A DNA stretch of 64,000 nt from a bacterium (GTDB taxonomy: Bacteria > Patescibacteriota > Minisyncoccia > Phycocordibacterales > UBA9973). Location: NCBI GenBank assembly GCA_027484965.1, contig JAIXRY010000015.1, positions 1,622-65,621 of the forward strand, read 5' to 3'. The notes under the pieces are model-generated. The model saw nothing but the letters and a program-made list of their open reading frames with translations. It made no database searches and was not told the DNA's origin. The position numbers and the translations under genes are program-made. Position 1 is the first letter of the stretch, and each line of letters opens with the position of its first letter. Shown here piece after piece: positions 30,780 to 40,090 of this stretch.

Positions 30780-31428
30780 CCCGCGACTAATTAGTTTGCA
30801 AACTAATTGTCTGGGCACCAGCTCGTCTATTTTTCTGCTGAAAAATATGACTCCGCTGTTCGAAACCAAACGTACATGAAGCAGTTTATGTACTTAGGGC
30901 GAACCCTCGTTTCACTCGTGTCCACTCTGAATATTCTACTTCGAACCAAATTGAATGTGGATTCAAGTTTTTATCTGTTGAAATAGAGAAAATTAGAAGT
31001 GAACTAAAATCATTAAATTCATTATTAGTTATTGATGAGGATAATCGTTAGGTATTATTGATATTTTCCATTACTTTTGGAGTGAACAATCATCCAAATA
31101 AAGAATTGGTTAGGTTTCGATATGAAACACAATTAAACTCATAAATAAAAATAATTCAATTTTTGGTTAATGTTAAATTAGTTGTGCTTATAATTTTCAT
31201 AACACCCTAGTTGAATTTGGGCTAACTAAATTATATTTAAATATATTGACTTTATAAAAAAAGTAGAGATAAATCTGGTTAATTGTTTTGGTGTTGGCAG
31301 TTTTGATTATACTTTCGATTTTGAAGGTTTAAAAACAAATTCATTATTGAAAATACTGCAATTATTTTGTGGCTTTTTTAATTTCAATAAAATAAAAAAA
31401 GACACAACTAAAAGTCATGTCTTATATA

Positions 31429-32007
31429 TTAATTCGAATAAATTTCCTTCCGTATGTACTTCTCAAATTCAATTGGAAACTTATCCTGAGGCCAACCCCT
31501 TAATGCAGTACGAACTGCAAGTTTATATGACTCCTTCCATGTTCCTTTGAAACTATATAAATCTGGGAAGTTTTCGAAATCTTCTAGAGTTTCGATTTTA
31601 AATAATGCCGAACCATCTGTTTTAAGGTAAACATCAATAGTTTTATCTTTTGCGTCATAAAATATTGATGGAGGGAATTTACATAAAAGAATTACTCCTT
31701 GTTTTTGTAGAATTTCAGAGTCTAGTTCTGTAATAATGGCGCTGGTGTTTTTACCGGGTAGGTTTTTAAATATGCTTACCCAATTTTTTAAAGTTGGAAG
31801 CATCTGGTTAAAATCAAAAAGTTTAATTTCTATTGGGTCAATGGTAATTACTTTCTCACTTAAAATGTCTTTAAGTAAAGGTAACTGACCTAGAAAAAAA
31901 CATAATTCTAATTTTTGTTCTGGTGTTAGAGGTTGTTCTGTTTCGATTTGTTTCTTAATTTCCTTAAAGATTGTCAAATCCTTAATTGTTAAAATTAATG
32001 TATTCAT
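31429..32007 (-). CDS. Hypothetical protein (192 aa), the only ORF between the direct repeats
   Basis: Long ORF with no recognised motif. It is flanked by AT-rich non-coding DNA. Confidence 0.45.
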   Translation of the reverse strand: MNTLILTIKDLTIFKEIKKQIETEQPLTPEQKLELCFFLGQLPLLKDILSEKVITIDPIEIKLFDFNQMLPTLKNWVSIFKNLPGKNTSAIITELDSEILQKQGVILLCKFPPSIFYDAKDKTIDVYLKTDGSALFKIETLEDFENFPDLYSFKGTWKESYKLAVRTALRGWPQDKFPIEFEKYIRKEIYSN

Positions 32008-32409
32008 ATTGTAAATGCTTGATTTACAACAGCATACACCTTTAACTACTTAGTGTCAATAATAAATTACCTATTACAATAGTAGAGAGAAATAATTCAT
32101 ATAAAAATCAGTCTTTATTTTAAGGTGAAATAATTTGTCCAGGTAGGTCAAAAAAGTTGAGTATTATTACCTTAAAAGTACAGCAAAAAACTATCACAAA
32201 ATTTTTGTCATAAATTGTGGTATTTGTTATAACAGAAATAAGTAATAACCTAAATAAGACTTTATCTAAATTTATCAAGTTTGTTGTTATAAAGATACAG
32301 TGGTTCGAATTTCCTGAAGGAATAGTCTTTGATGGAAACAAATTTTGAACCAACAAAATATGCAGTATTTTTAAGGTAAATGAGTTATTTTACGCAATTG
32401 ATTCCAAAA

Positions 32410-32486
32410 TGGTCCGCCCTCTTGGATTCGAACCAAGGACCCCAGAGGTATAAGCTCTGTGCTCTAACCAACTGAGCTAAGGGCGG
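32410..32486 (-). tRNA. tRNA-Ile (anticodon TAT / UAU), CCA encoded
   Basis: Manual fold gives a 7-bp acceptor CCGCCCT/AGGGCGG, D-arm GCTC-AGTTGGTTA-GAGC, anticodon stem CAGAG/CTCTG with loop CTTATAC, and T-arm CTTGG-TTCGAAT-CCAAG. Confidence 0.7.
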
Positions 32487-32605
32487 ATGTGTCATTTATT
32501 AACTAAAATTGTTAATCTGTTAATGACTGTAATTATAGATTAAAAATCAACAATTATCAACAATATGTAAATTATATCATTAAAATGGTATAATTTATTG
32601 GTAGT

Positions 32606-33172
32606 ATGAATAAATCTAATAAAGCATTTACACTCATCGAACTCCTTATAGTTATTGCAATCATTGGCGTTCTTGCGTCTGTTGTTCTTGCAAGTCTTAA
32701 TTCTTCTAGGAATAGAGCTGATGCGGCTTTTGTAAAACAACAAGCAGATCAGATTAAAAAAGAATTTGAAATTTACTATGCTTCAAATGGAAATAGATAT
32801 GGCTTCTGGGCAAGTAATATGAATTTACAGAGTCCATATACATCAGCCGGGTTTACAAGTATCCACGCAGGTGCTGGTCATTGTTATGTACCTTTTGGAA
32901 GAGTGGATACAAATATTACAAGAATGGTAGGTAAGGCAATGGAAAAAACAAATATTAATTTGACTGGAGGTAGTAATGGGGGAGGTGTTGGTTTTGGTTT
33001 CTGGTGTAGAGTATCTCCAGATGGTCAATCTTACGCATTCGCTTTTGTTAATATGAAGAGTGGTCCAAATATTTATTGTGTTGATTCAAGTGGAAATATA
33101 AAAGAATCTAACAATGCTTCTAGTGTTGATCCTATTAGTACTCATATGGCAAATCCTGTGACTTGTATATAA
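32606..33172 (+). CDS. Type IV pilin-like protein (paralogue of 30095..30688; shares AFVKQQADQIKK)
   Basis: KAFTLIELLIVIAIIGVL prepilin motif. Confidence 0.85.
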   Translation: MNKSNKAFTLIELLIVIAIIGVLASVVLASLNSSRNRADAAFVKQQADQIKKEFEIYYASNGNRYGFWASNMNLQSPYTSAGFTSIHAGAGHCYVPFGRVDTNITRMVGKAMEKTNINLTGGSNGGGVGFGFWCRVSPDGQSYAFAFVNMKSGPNIYCVDSSGNIKESNNASSVDPISTHMANPVTCI

Positions 33173-33212
33173 TTTATACATAAGTCTTTTTTGTTATAAT
33201 ATAAATACAATT

Positions 33213-33746
33213 ATGTTTAGTAATAAAAAAGCATTTACTCTTTTGGAACTCCTTGTTGTCATTGCGATCATCGGCGTTCTTGCGGCTATTGTGATGGCAA
33301 GTTTGAATAGTGCGAGAGTGAAAGCAAGAGATGCGCGTCGTCTTCAAGATATAAAAACCATCCAGACTAATTTAGAAATATATTACAATACATATAATAG
33401 TTATCCGCCAACTCCTACAGGTGGATGGATTCATAGTTCAGAAACAACATGGGATGGTCTAGAAAATTCTATGGGCATGAAATTGCCAAGAGACCCTGTA
33501 AATCAGGCTTCACCTTGGTTAAATGATCAATCTAGAGCATGGTCTTCAGATCAAAGGTTATTCATGTACGATTATTTGTCAGGAAGCGTACAGAATGGGT
33601 GTGCTACAGGAACTTTTTATTGGCTTGTCTATCGTCTTGAAAAAGGGAATACTCCTGTAAATGAAAGTCCAGGTGTTTTTATGTGCGATGGATCTACTTT
33701 TAAAGCTGTAAATGGTGCAATAACTGTTGGTGCGAATTCAAAATAA
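33213..33746 (+). CDS. Type IV pilin-like protein
   Basis: KKAFTLLELLVVIAIIGVLAAIVMASLNSARVKARD. Confidence 0.85.
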   Translation: MFSNKKAFTLLELLVVIAIIGVLAAIVMASLNSARVKARDARRLQDIKTIQTNLEIYYNTYNSYPPTPTGGWIHSSETTWDGLENSMGMKLPRDPVNQASPWLNDQSRAWSSDQRLFMYDYLSGSVQNGCATGTFYWLVYRLEKGNTPVNESPGVFMCDGSTFKAVNGAITVGANSK

Positions 33747-33782
33747 AAATCATATTTTAAAAAATCTGTTATAATTAATAGT

Positions 33783-34250
33783 ATGAAAAAAGGATTCACT
33801 CTCCTCGAACTCCTAGTCGTCATTGCAATCATTGGCGTTCTTGCTGCTATTGTTATGGCGAGCTTAAATAGCGCTAGAGTGAAATCAAGAGACGCAAAAC
33901 GAGTGTCTGATATACGACAAATTAAAGTTGCGCTTGATTTGTACTTTAACGATTTTGGATATTATCCTGATTGTTCTGGTAATGATGTATGTTCCAGTAC
34001 TGGATACTCTGGTTCTATATATAATTTAAGTATTGTTCCAAACTATATAAAAAATATAAGTAGTGACCCTAGAAATATATCAGGTCAGTATGGTTATTAT
34101 TATGCAAGGACTTACAAGAAGGCGGGGAGTAGTTATATATATACAGGATTAAGTACAGATTATATACTTGCTACAAGACTTGAAAATACAAGTAATGGAT
34201 CATTTGGGGGTTGGGACAATAACTTTTTAAACTATATAGAAGGAAATTAA
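33783..34250 (+). CDS. Type IV pilin-like protein
   Basis: MKKGFTLLELLVVIAIIGVLAAIVMASLNSARVKSRD. Confidence 0.85.
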   Translation: MKKGFTLLELLVVIAIIGVLAAIVMASLNSARVKSRDAKRVSDIRQIKVALDLYFNDFGYYPDCSGNDVCSSTGYSGSIYNLSIVPNYIKNISSDPRNISGQYGYYYARTYKKAGSSYIYTGLSTDYILATRLENTSNGSFGGWDNNFLNYIEGN

Positions 34251-34297
34251 AACTAAATGTATATTTAACTATGTATTAAAAATGTTATAATTATTTT

Positions 34298-34792
34298 ATG
34301 AAAAAAGCCTTTACTTTAATAGAGCTTCTTATAGTTATAGCAATCATTGGTGTTCTTGCTTCTATTATTCTTGCAAGTCTTAATTCTTCTAGAGATAAAG
34401 GTTCTGATACTGGAATGAAGACTGCTATTAATAGTCTTCGTTCTGCCGGTAATATTATCTTTAACGAGTATGGTTGTTTTGCTGGTTCTAGTGGGGGTTG
34501 TAATGGTACAAACCTTGGACCAGGAGCATGTTCTACACCAGGAAGTACTATTTTTAGTAATTTAGAATTTGCAAAAATAACTGCTCCTTATAGAACTAGT
34601 AGTGATTTTATAACTTCATGTAGTTCAACAACAGGTCAAACAGCTTGGGCTATTGCTATTAGACTTAAAAGTAATACAACAAAAGCATGGTGTGTTGATT
34701 CGCTTAATACCGCAAAAGAAATAAGTAATGGCGGAACAGCTTTTAATCAGACAACATTAAATAATGCTATTGTTGGAGGTGTTTGTAGTTAA
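34298..34792 (+). CDS. Type IV pilin-like protein
   Basis: MKKAFTLIELLIVIAIIGVLASIILASLNSSRDKG. Confidence 0.85.
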   Translation: MKKAFTLIELLIVIAIIGVLASIILASLNSSRDKGSDTGMKTAINSLRSAGNIIFNEYGCFAGSSGGCNGTNLGPGACSTPGSTIFSNLEFAKITAPYRTSSDFITSCSSTTGQTAWAIAIRLKSNTTKAWCVDSLNTAKEISNGGTAFNQTTLNNAIVGGVCS

Positions 34793-34793
34793 T

Positions 34794-36974
34794 TTACTCA
34801 AAATGCATTTCTTTAATTTCCTCTACCTTTTCTTTGAGTAGGGGATTTTTTTGTAGTTCAAAATCGTCAGCTATTATTTTTTGTGCTTCATTGCGAGCAG
34901 CTTCTACAAGCTTAATATTTCTAAGTGCCTCCATGGCAATATCAGAGACACCCCACTGTTTGAATCCTGCAAGTTCTCCAGTACCCCTTTGTTCTAGGTC
35001 GAGTTCTGCAAGCTTAAATCCATCGTCAGTATCGACGAGAGCTTGTAGTCTGTCGACTGTTTTTTGTTGTTTTGCATCGGCAAGTAAGAAACAATAAGCC
35101 TGATGTGAGCCTCTTTTTGTGCGTCCGCGAAGTTGGTGGATTTGAGCAAGACCAAAACGCTCTGCACCTTCTATAATCATCATATTTGCATTTGGTACAT
35201 TAACACCGACCTCAACAACAGATGTGGCGACAAGTATTTGTATTTTTCCATTAGAAAATTCCTCCATAACCTGCTCCTTTTTTTGAGGAGTCATTTTCCC
35301 ATGTAACACTCCAATACTTTCATTTTTAAATATTTCTTTCTTAAGTCTTTTTGCTTCTGTTTCTACTGATTTTGCAATAAGTTTTATTTCGTCGCTCTCA
35401 TCTGGATCATTTATTCTTGGACAAATTACATATAATTGTCTTCCGTTTTTTATCTCCTCTTTAATTTTTGAATACATTTCCTCGCGAGTTTTTTCGGTTA
35501 TTATTTCTGTCTGAACTTTTTTTCTACCGCTTGGTAATTGATCGAGAAGTGTAATATCGAGGTCTCCATAAATGGTAAGAGCAAGTGTACGGGGGATAGG
35601 GGTGGCTGTCATTGAAAGGAAGTGTGGCGACACAGATGAATTTACTGATGTTTTCTTTGCGAGTGCGCGCCTTTGTTTTTGGCCGAAGCGGTGTTGCTCA
35701 TCAACAATAGCAAGAGCGAGGTGTTTGAATACAACACTTTTTTGAATAAGGGCGTGAGTTCCTACTACAACACTTATTTCTCCTTGTTCTACCCATTTTG
35801 ATAATTGTGTTCTTGATATGGTGGTCCAAGGTTTGGTCGCACTTGCGACTTTTGTGGGGAATTTGCGACAGCCACTTCCTGTAATAAGTGCGATTTGTAT
35901 GCCTGTTCCTTTAAAAAATTCGATAAATGATTCGAAGTGTTGTGTTGCTAGAATTTCTGTTGGCGCCATGTAAGCAACTTGAAGTGTCCCAAATTTTTGA
36001 TTTTTCGGTCTTGTCTTAATGGTTGCATATGTTGCAAGAGCAGCGACTACTGTTTTTCCAGAACCAACATCACCCTCAAGAAGTCTTGACATAGGATGAG
36101 TTTTTTTAAGATCTTCTACAACAGCGTTCATTGCATTAATCTGCGCATCTGTCGGTTCAAAGGGGAGATTGTCTATGAATTCTTGTAAGATTTTTTCTTC
36201 CGTATGAATTCCATAAGAACCATCTTTTTTTGATTCTTCTTTTTCTTTAGTTCTTGCGACTTGTATGAGGAATATTTCTTGAAAAGAAAATCTCTTACGA
36301 GCTGCTTCGGCATGTTCTTTTTTCTCTGGTCTATGAATCCAAAGTAGGGCTTTTTGAATATCTGGAAGAGAATATTTTTTCAATATATATTCTGGGATAG
36401 GGTCTGTGACTTGTGTATGTATTTTTTCATTAAAAATTTTCTCTAGTGTTTTTTGTATCCATAGAGAAGATATGCCCTTTGTCTCTTTGTATATAGGTGC
36501 TCCAAATTTATAATTCGATACATTTTCTTTTTGGAATAGGGAATCATGAATATCTATAGGAAGACCTTCTTGTTTTTGAATGTTTCCATTTACTATAGAG
36601 AATGTTCCATTTTTTTGGATGTTTGCAGTACCACTAATCATTACATTGTCTCCATCATGAAGCATTTTTGCTATGTAAGGCTGATTGAACCAAACAAGAC
36701 TTATTTTCCCTGTAAGGTCTTCAAGTGTACCTTCAGCCATTGTGACTTTTGTATGGAAACTCTTTTTGGTTTTGAGATTTTTTATTACACCGAATAGTGT
36801 AATTGGAATTCCAGCTTCTATATCACCAATGTTTGTAACTGTTGATATATCACTATATCGAGCAGGGAAATACAAAAGTAAGTCCAAAACACTTTTAATT
36901 TGGAGTTTGTTTAATCCTTTTTTTTGTAAATCAGAAAGTCGGGAAATTTTTTCAATCGGTGTGTGCAACTCCAT
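34794..36974 (-). CDS. recG: ATP-dependent DNA helicase RecG
   Basis: N-terminal wedge/OB region, helicase motifs LEGDVGSGKT, DEQHRFG, TATPIPRTL. The 726-aa size fits RecG rather than Mfd. Confidence 0.85.
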   Translation of the reverse strand: MELHTPIEKISRLSDLQKKGLNKLQIKSVLDLLLYFPARYSDISTVTNIGDIEAGIPITLFGVIKNLKTKKSFHTKVTMAEGTLEDLTGKISLVWFNQPYIAKMLHDGDNVMISGTANIQKNGTFSIVNGNIQKQEGLPIDIHDSLFQKENVSNYKFGAPIYKETKGISSLWIQKTLEKIFNEKIHTQVTDPIPEYILKKYSLPDIQKALLWIHRPEKKEHAEAARKRFSFQEIFLIQVARTKEKEESKKDGSYGIHTEEKILQEFIDNLPFEPTDAQINAMNAVVEDLKKTHPMSRLLEGDVGSGKTVVAALATYATIKTRPKNQKFGTLQVAYMAPTEILATQHFESFIEFFKGTGIQIALITGSGCRKFPTKVASATKPWTTISRTQLSKWVEQGEISVVVGTHALIQKSVVFKHLALAIVDEQHRFGQKQRRALAKKTSVNSSVSPHFLSMTATPIPRTLALTIYGDLDITLLDQLPSGRKKVQTEIITEKTREEMYSKIKEEIKNGRQLYVICPRINDPDESDEIKLIAKSVETEAKRLKKEIFKNESIGVLHGKMTPQKKEQVMEEFSNGKIQILVATSVVEVGVNVPNANMMIIEGAERFGLAQIHQLRGRTKRGSHQAYCFLLADAKQQKTVDRLQALVDTDDGFKLAELDLEQRGTGELAGFKQWGVSDIAMEALRNIKLVEAARNEAQKIIADDFELQKNPLLKEKVEEIKEMHFE

Positions 36975-36983
36975 AGAAATTGT

Positions 36984-37964
36984 TTAAGGTCTTTTTAAGA
37001 ATTTATCAATACTCCACATACCTCCACCTTCTATTGTAAGGATTGCGAGTGCTGAGAAAAGTGTTACATGTGAATATACAGCTTCTTCAAAATAGAAGAA
37101 TGTAAGAGATAATACAAGTATTCCAATAACTCCAACCACTCTAGTGTAGTATCCAGAAATAATAAGTATTCCAAGTAGTAGCTCTATAATACCAGCCCCA
37201 AGAACCCACATTGCAGGCATAACAGGCACATATTGTGTAAGGTTGTATTGTTCTACAACTAAATTTGAAAGTCCAGGATTTAAAAGTTTTTCATGAAGAG
37301 CGAGGTATATAAAAGCAATACCTACTCCAAGACGTATGATTACAGGCAGCCAATATCTGTGAATTTTTAGGAATTTTAAGAGAGAGATATTGAGTATATC
37401 GTCGAGTCCTGGTCTTGCACTATGAAATACAAGTACAGACAGTGCGAGTGCTAAAAAATCAATATTACCAATTAAATAAGGTTCCTGAAGTAGTGCGTAT
37501 ATATATAGTCCGATAGTTATAAGAGATACTGGAGCAAGCAAGAATCCAGCTAAAAAACAAAAACCAAGAGCTACTTGTAAAAAAGCAAAAACAGAACCAT
37601 TTGTAATTGTTGGAGAAATAAGAACTCCAGCAGTTCCTGCGCCTATAAGAGATATACCAAGAGCAAGACGAAGAATCCAAGGAATGAGCTCGTGGTATGT
37701 ATTGAGTTTTTGAATTATCTTGTAAAAAAGATTTTTGAAGAAAGGTATTCTTTTTATGAAGACGAATAAAATTACTACAGCAATAGCTGTTGCAATCATG
37801 AGAAAAATATTTAAAGGATCAATAAGTGCTTTCTGTAGATAAACAGGATTTGGACCCATAACTTTTGCTGCATCTTCTGCTTTTACTACATACGATACAT
37901 GGGCGCTTGCTATAAAAGGGAACATTGTTGATAAAAATAAAAGTACTTTTGTTAGAGTTTTCAT
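36984..37964 (-). CDS. DoxX-like integral membrane protein (tandem DoxX-like halves) with an N-terminal signal peptide
   Basis: Multi-TM protein with two ILRL.LGI...AG / IIRLGVGIAF segments typical of DoxX/DoxD-like proteins. Confidence 0.45.
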   Translation of the reverse strand: MKTLTKVLLFLSTMFPFIASAHVSYVVKAEDAAKVMGPNPVYLQKALIDPLNIFLMIATAIAVVILFVFIKRIPFFKNLFYKIIQKLNTYHELIPWILRLALGISLIGAGTAGVLISPTITNGSVFAFLQVALGFCFLAGFLLAPVSLITIGLYIYALLQEPYLIGNIDFLALALSVLVFHSARPGLDDILNISLLKFLKIHRYWLPVIIRLGVGIAFIYLALHEKLLNPGLSNLVVEQYNLTQYVPVMPAMWVLGAGIIELLLGILIISGYYTRVVGVIGILVLSLTFFYFEEAVYSHVTLFSALAILTIEGGGMWSIDKFLKRP

Positions 37965-38027
37965 ATATCTATTTTATACCAAATCAAGAAAATAAAAAAT
38001 GGCAGTTTTTTAAACCGCCATTCTTTA

Positions 38028-38915
38028 TTATATTTTTTTATACCATTCTTTCATTTCGTCAATTCTTGTTTTGTGAATACAAAGAATTTCTTCTGGAACA
38101 GGGGACATATCTTCTTCAGGTATGAATTTGTAGGGGATTAATTTATTATCTTTTATTTCAAAAAAACAATAACCCATCTTGTGGCTCATACCAAACACAG
38201 GACAAGCGTCCCACGGTGTCTGCATTCCATATCTTGATTTTATCAAAAGTCCTCCAACTTCTCCTTTCCAGAGTCTAGCAAATGTAAAACCTATACTTCC
38301 TACAGTAACTTCGATATCAAAAAATAATTTATTCTTATTATGAGTCATCTTCTGGGCAAGCTCTGAAAGATCTCTAGGATCATTTCTAAGCTGTAAGAAA
38401 GAGTGTCTTAGAGGTGTTTCTGTTTCTATTACAAGTTCTTGAGCATTTTCAAATTCGTATATTCTATACACTTTGTTACTTCCAGGTTTTGAGTGAAATA
38501 TTTCAAGAGTGTTTGGGTCTCCTATGGTTACAGCTTCAATGACTCCTTCGAAGACAAATGCAATCATTGTTGTTACAGCGTGGGATTGTTTTCTTTTGTA
38601 GGCGCGAGTTCCATCGAGAGGGTCTATAGTAAAGTAATAGTTGTGGTTTTTGTCGGTACACTTACGAGAAAATTTTTCTTCAGCAACTATTCCAGCTTTT
38701 GGAAAGTTTTCGTTGATTATATTTATAAAAATTTTTTGCGCTGCAAAATCAGCAGAAGTCACAAGATCTTCTTCTTGTTTATAATCAACAATCTTTGATT
38801 GAGCATGAAATGTAATCCTTTGACGTCTAATTTCAAGGATTGCTCTTCTCACACATTCTTTCATTATTAGACTTACTGTGTTTGGATTTATCTCTCCAAA
38901 TTTATTTTGACTCAT
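38028..38915 (-). CDS. Inositol monophosphatase / FBPase / CysQ-family phosphatase
   Basis: Family signature EEK...IDPLDGT and downstream metal-ligand region. Confidence 0.7.
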   Translation of the reverse strand: MSQNKFGEINPNTVSLIMKECVRRAILEIRRQRITFHAQSKIVDYKQEEDLVTSADFAAQKIFINIINENFPKAGIVAEEKFSRKCTDKNHNYYFTIDPLDGTRAYKRKQSHAVTTMIAFVFEGVIEAVTIGDPNTLEIFHSKPGSNKVYRIYEFENAQELVIETETPLRHSFLQLRNDPRDLSELAQKMTHNKNKLFFDIEVTVGSIGFTFARLWKGEVGGLLIKSRYGMQTPWDACPVFGMSHKMGYCFFEIKDNKLIPYKFIPEEDMSPVPEEILCIHKTRIDEMKEWYKKI

Positions 38916-38980
38916 GTATTTAATGTATAGATTTGATAGGTGAGTGTCAAATTTAAGGTTGTATTTTTTTTGTAGATATT

Positions 38981-39037
38981 GGGACTCGCTGACTACATCG
39001 GTCAGTACTTTTTAATACAGGACTCGAACCAGTAATC
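38981..39037. repeat. Copy A of a short palindromic interspersed repeat (GGGACTCGCTGA(C/T)TACATC(G/A)G...) plus a tRNA-Asp-3'-end-like segment GGACTCGAACCAGTAA
   Basis: Shares 40 to 60 bp with copies at 39671-39738 and 39851-39925. Also 17/19 identity to the tRNA-Asp 3' half at 50366-50386. Confidence 0.5.
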
Positions 39038-39043
39038 TATATT

Positions 39044-39598
39044 TTAAATTCCTTTAAGAATCATTTCCATTTCTGGTATAACAGCACCACTCTTCATTTT
39101 AAACCTTTCTTCTGAAAAACGTTTTCCTGTATCTTTAAAACCTAACTTTTTATAGAATTCAATCGCATTCGTGTTGTATATAGCAACATCCACAACAGTA
39201 TCTTTATTCAAATCAAGAATAGTTTTAGCTTGATTCCAAAGTAGCGAACCAACACCCTTTCCTTGATATTCAGGTTTTATATAAATTAGACTTAATCTGT
39301 TTCCTTGTGTATTTTTTTCGATACGACAAATACCAAGTATGTTATTTGCATTTTTTGCAACAAAAAAAGTTTCACCCTCAGGAGGGTTTGTAATCGTTTC
39401 AATTCTTTTTTGTATTTTTTCTTCAGTGAATGCATTTTTAAATTTATCTTCAATGTCATCAATAGTTATTCCGAATTCTTCATTTGGATATGTAGTAAGC
39501 CATGTCTTATAAAAAACTTCTTGAATTTCTTTTGCATCATCTGGTTTTGCTAATAAAATCTTCACGTCCATTTTTTCTTGGTTTATTATCTTTTCCAT
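39044..39598 (-). CDS. GNAT-family N-acetyltransferase
   Basis: Acetyl-CoA binding motif A IYIKPEYQGKGVGSLLW. Confidence 0.75.
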   Translation of the reverse strand: MEKIINQEKMDVKILLAKPDDAKEIQEVFYKTWLTTYPNEEFGITIDDIEDKFKNAFTEEKIQKRIETITNPPEGETFFVAKNANNILGICRIEKNTQGNRLSLIYIKPEYQGKGVGSLLWNQAKTILDLNKDTVVDVAIYNTNAIEFYKKLGFKDTGKRFSEERFKMKSGAVIPEMEMILKGI

Positions 39599-39670
39599 CT
39601 ATATATTATATCAGCTCTAAAGTTCTATCACTATAAATAAAAACATCTAAGAAGAACTCAAATAGATACT

Positions 39671-39738
39671 GAGACTCTCTGATTATATCAGTAAGCACTT
39701 TTCAATCTCGTAAACTCGATAATGAAAAGTCTTTCGAT
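39671..39738. repeat. Copy B of the palindromic interspersed repeat
   Basis: GAGACTCTCTGATTATATCAGTAAGCACTTTTCAATCTCGTAAACTCGATAATGAAAAGTCTTTCGATG aligns with copy C at high identity. Confidence 0.5.
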
Positions 39739-39850
39739 GATTGAACTCGATCCTTACAGGATCAGTACACCTTTTCGATATATTCGAAACATATTTCTCA
39801 TATATAACGAAAAGCTTTTCGAGTCCCGCACGTAAGCCATGCAGATGGAC

Positions 39851-39925
39851 GGGACTCGCTGATTACATCAGCAGGTACTTTTCAATCTCATAAATTCGAT
39901 AATGAAAAGTCTTTCAAGTCCCGAC
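39851..39925. repeat. Copy C of the palindromic interspersed repeat. A reverse-orientation GAGTCCCG lies at 39821-39828.
   Basis: GGGACTCGCTGATTACATCAGCAGGTACTTTTCAATCTCATAAATTCGATAATGAAAAGTCTTTCAAGTCCC. Internal stem GGGACT...AGTCCC. Confidence 0.5.
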
Positions 39926-39963
39926 GTGAGTGAAGCAGTTCACTCACTACCTTTCTGTGTATT

Positions 39964-40003
39964 AAATAAAAATAACTGAGAAGAACTCAGTTATTTTTAT
40001 TTA
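39964..40003. terminator. Palindromic terminator downstream of the minus-strand TA pair
   Basis: AAATAAAAATAACTGAGAAGAACTCAGTTATTTTTATTT. Confidence 0.5.
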
Positions 40004-40090
40004 TGCGCGGACTAGTAAACGATGTGGGAACTGCGATACGACAACGTAATGGTTATATTTATATACCAACCTTAAAATAAAAATCTCAAA

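Noticed and set aside
30790-30960. Additional tRNA genes in the AT-rich stretch after the first pilin gene
   Set aside because: Fragments such as CTTCGAACC and palindromes exist but no complete cloverleaf can be folded. Interpreted as decayed tRNA or att debris.
36546-36987. Plus-strand ORFs (83 and 100 aa) overlapping the recG 5' region
   Set aside because: Antisense to recG. No motif.
39600-40090. Possible CRISPR array in the repeat-rich intergenic region
   Set aside because: Only three copies. Variable length and spacing. Degenerate sequence. No regular repeat-spacer periodicity and no cas genes.
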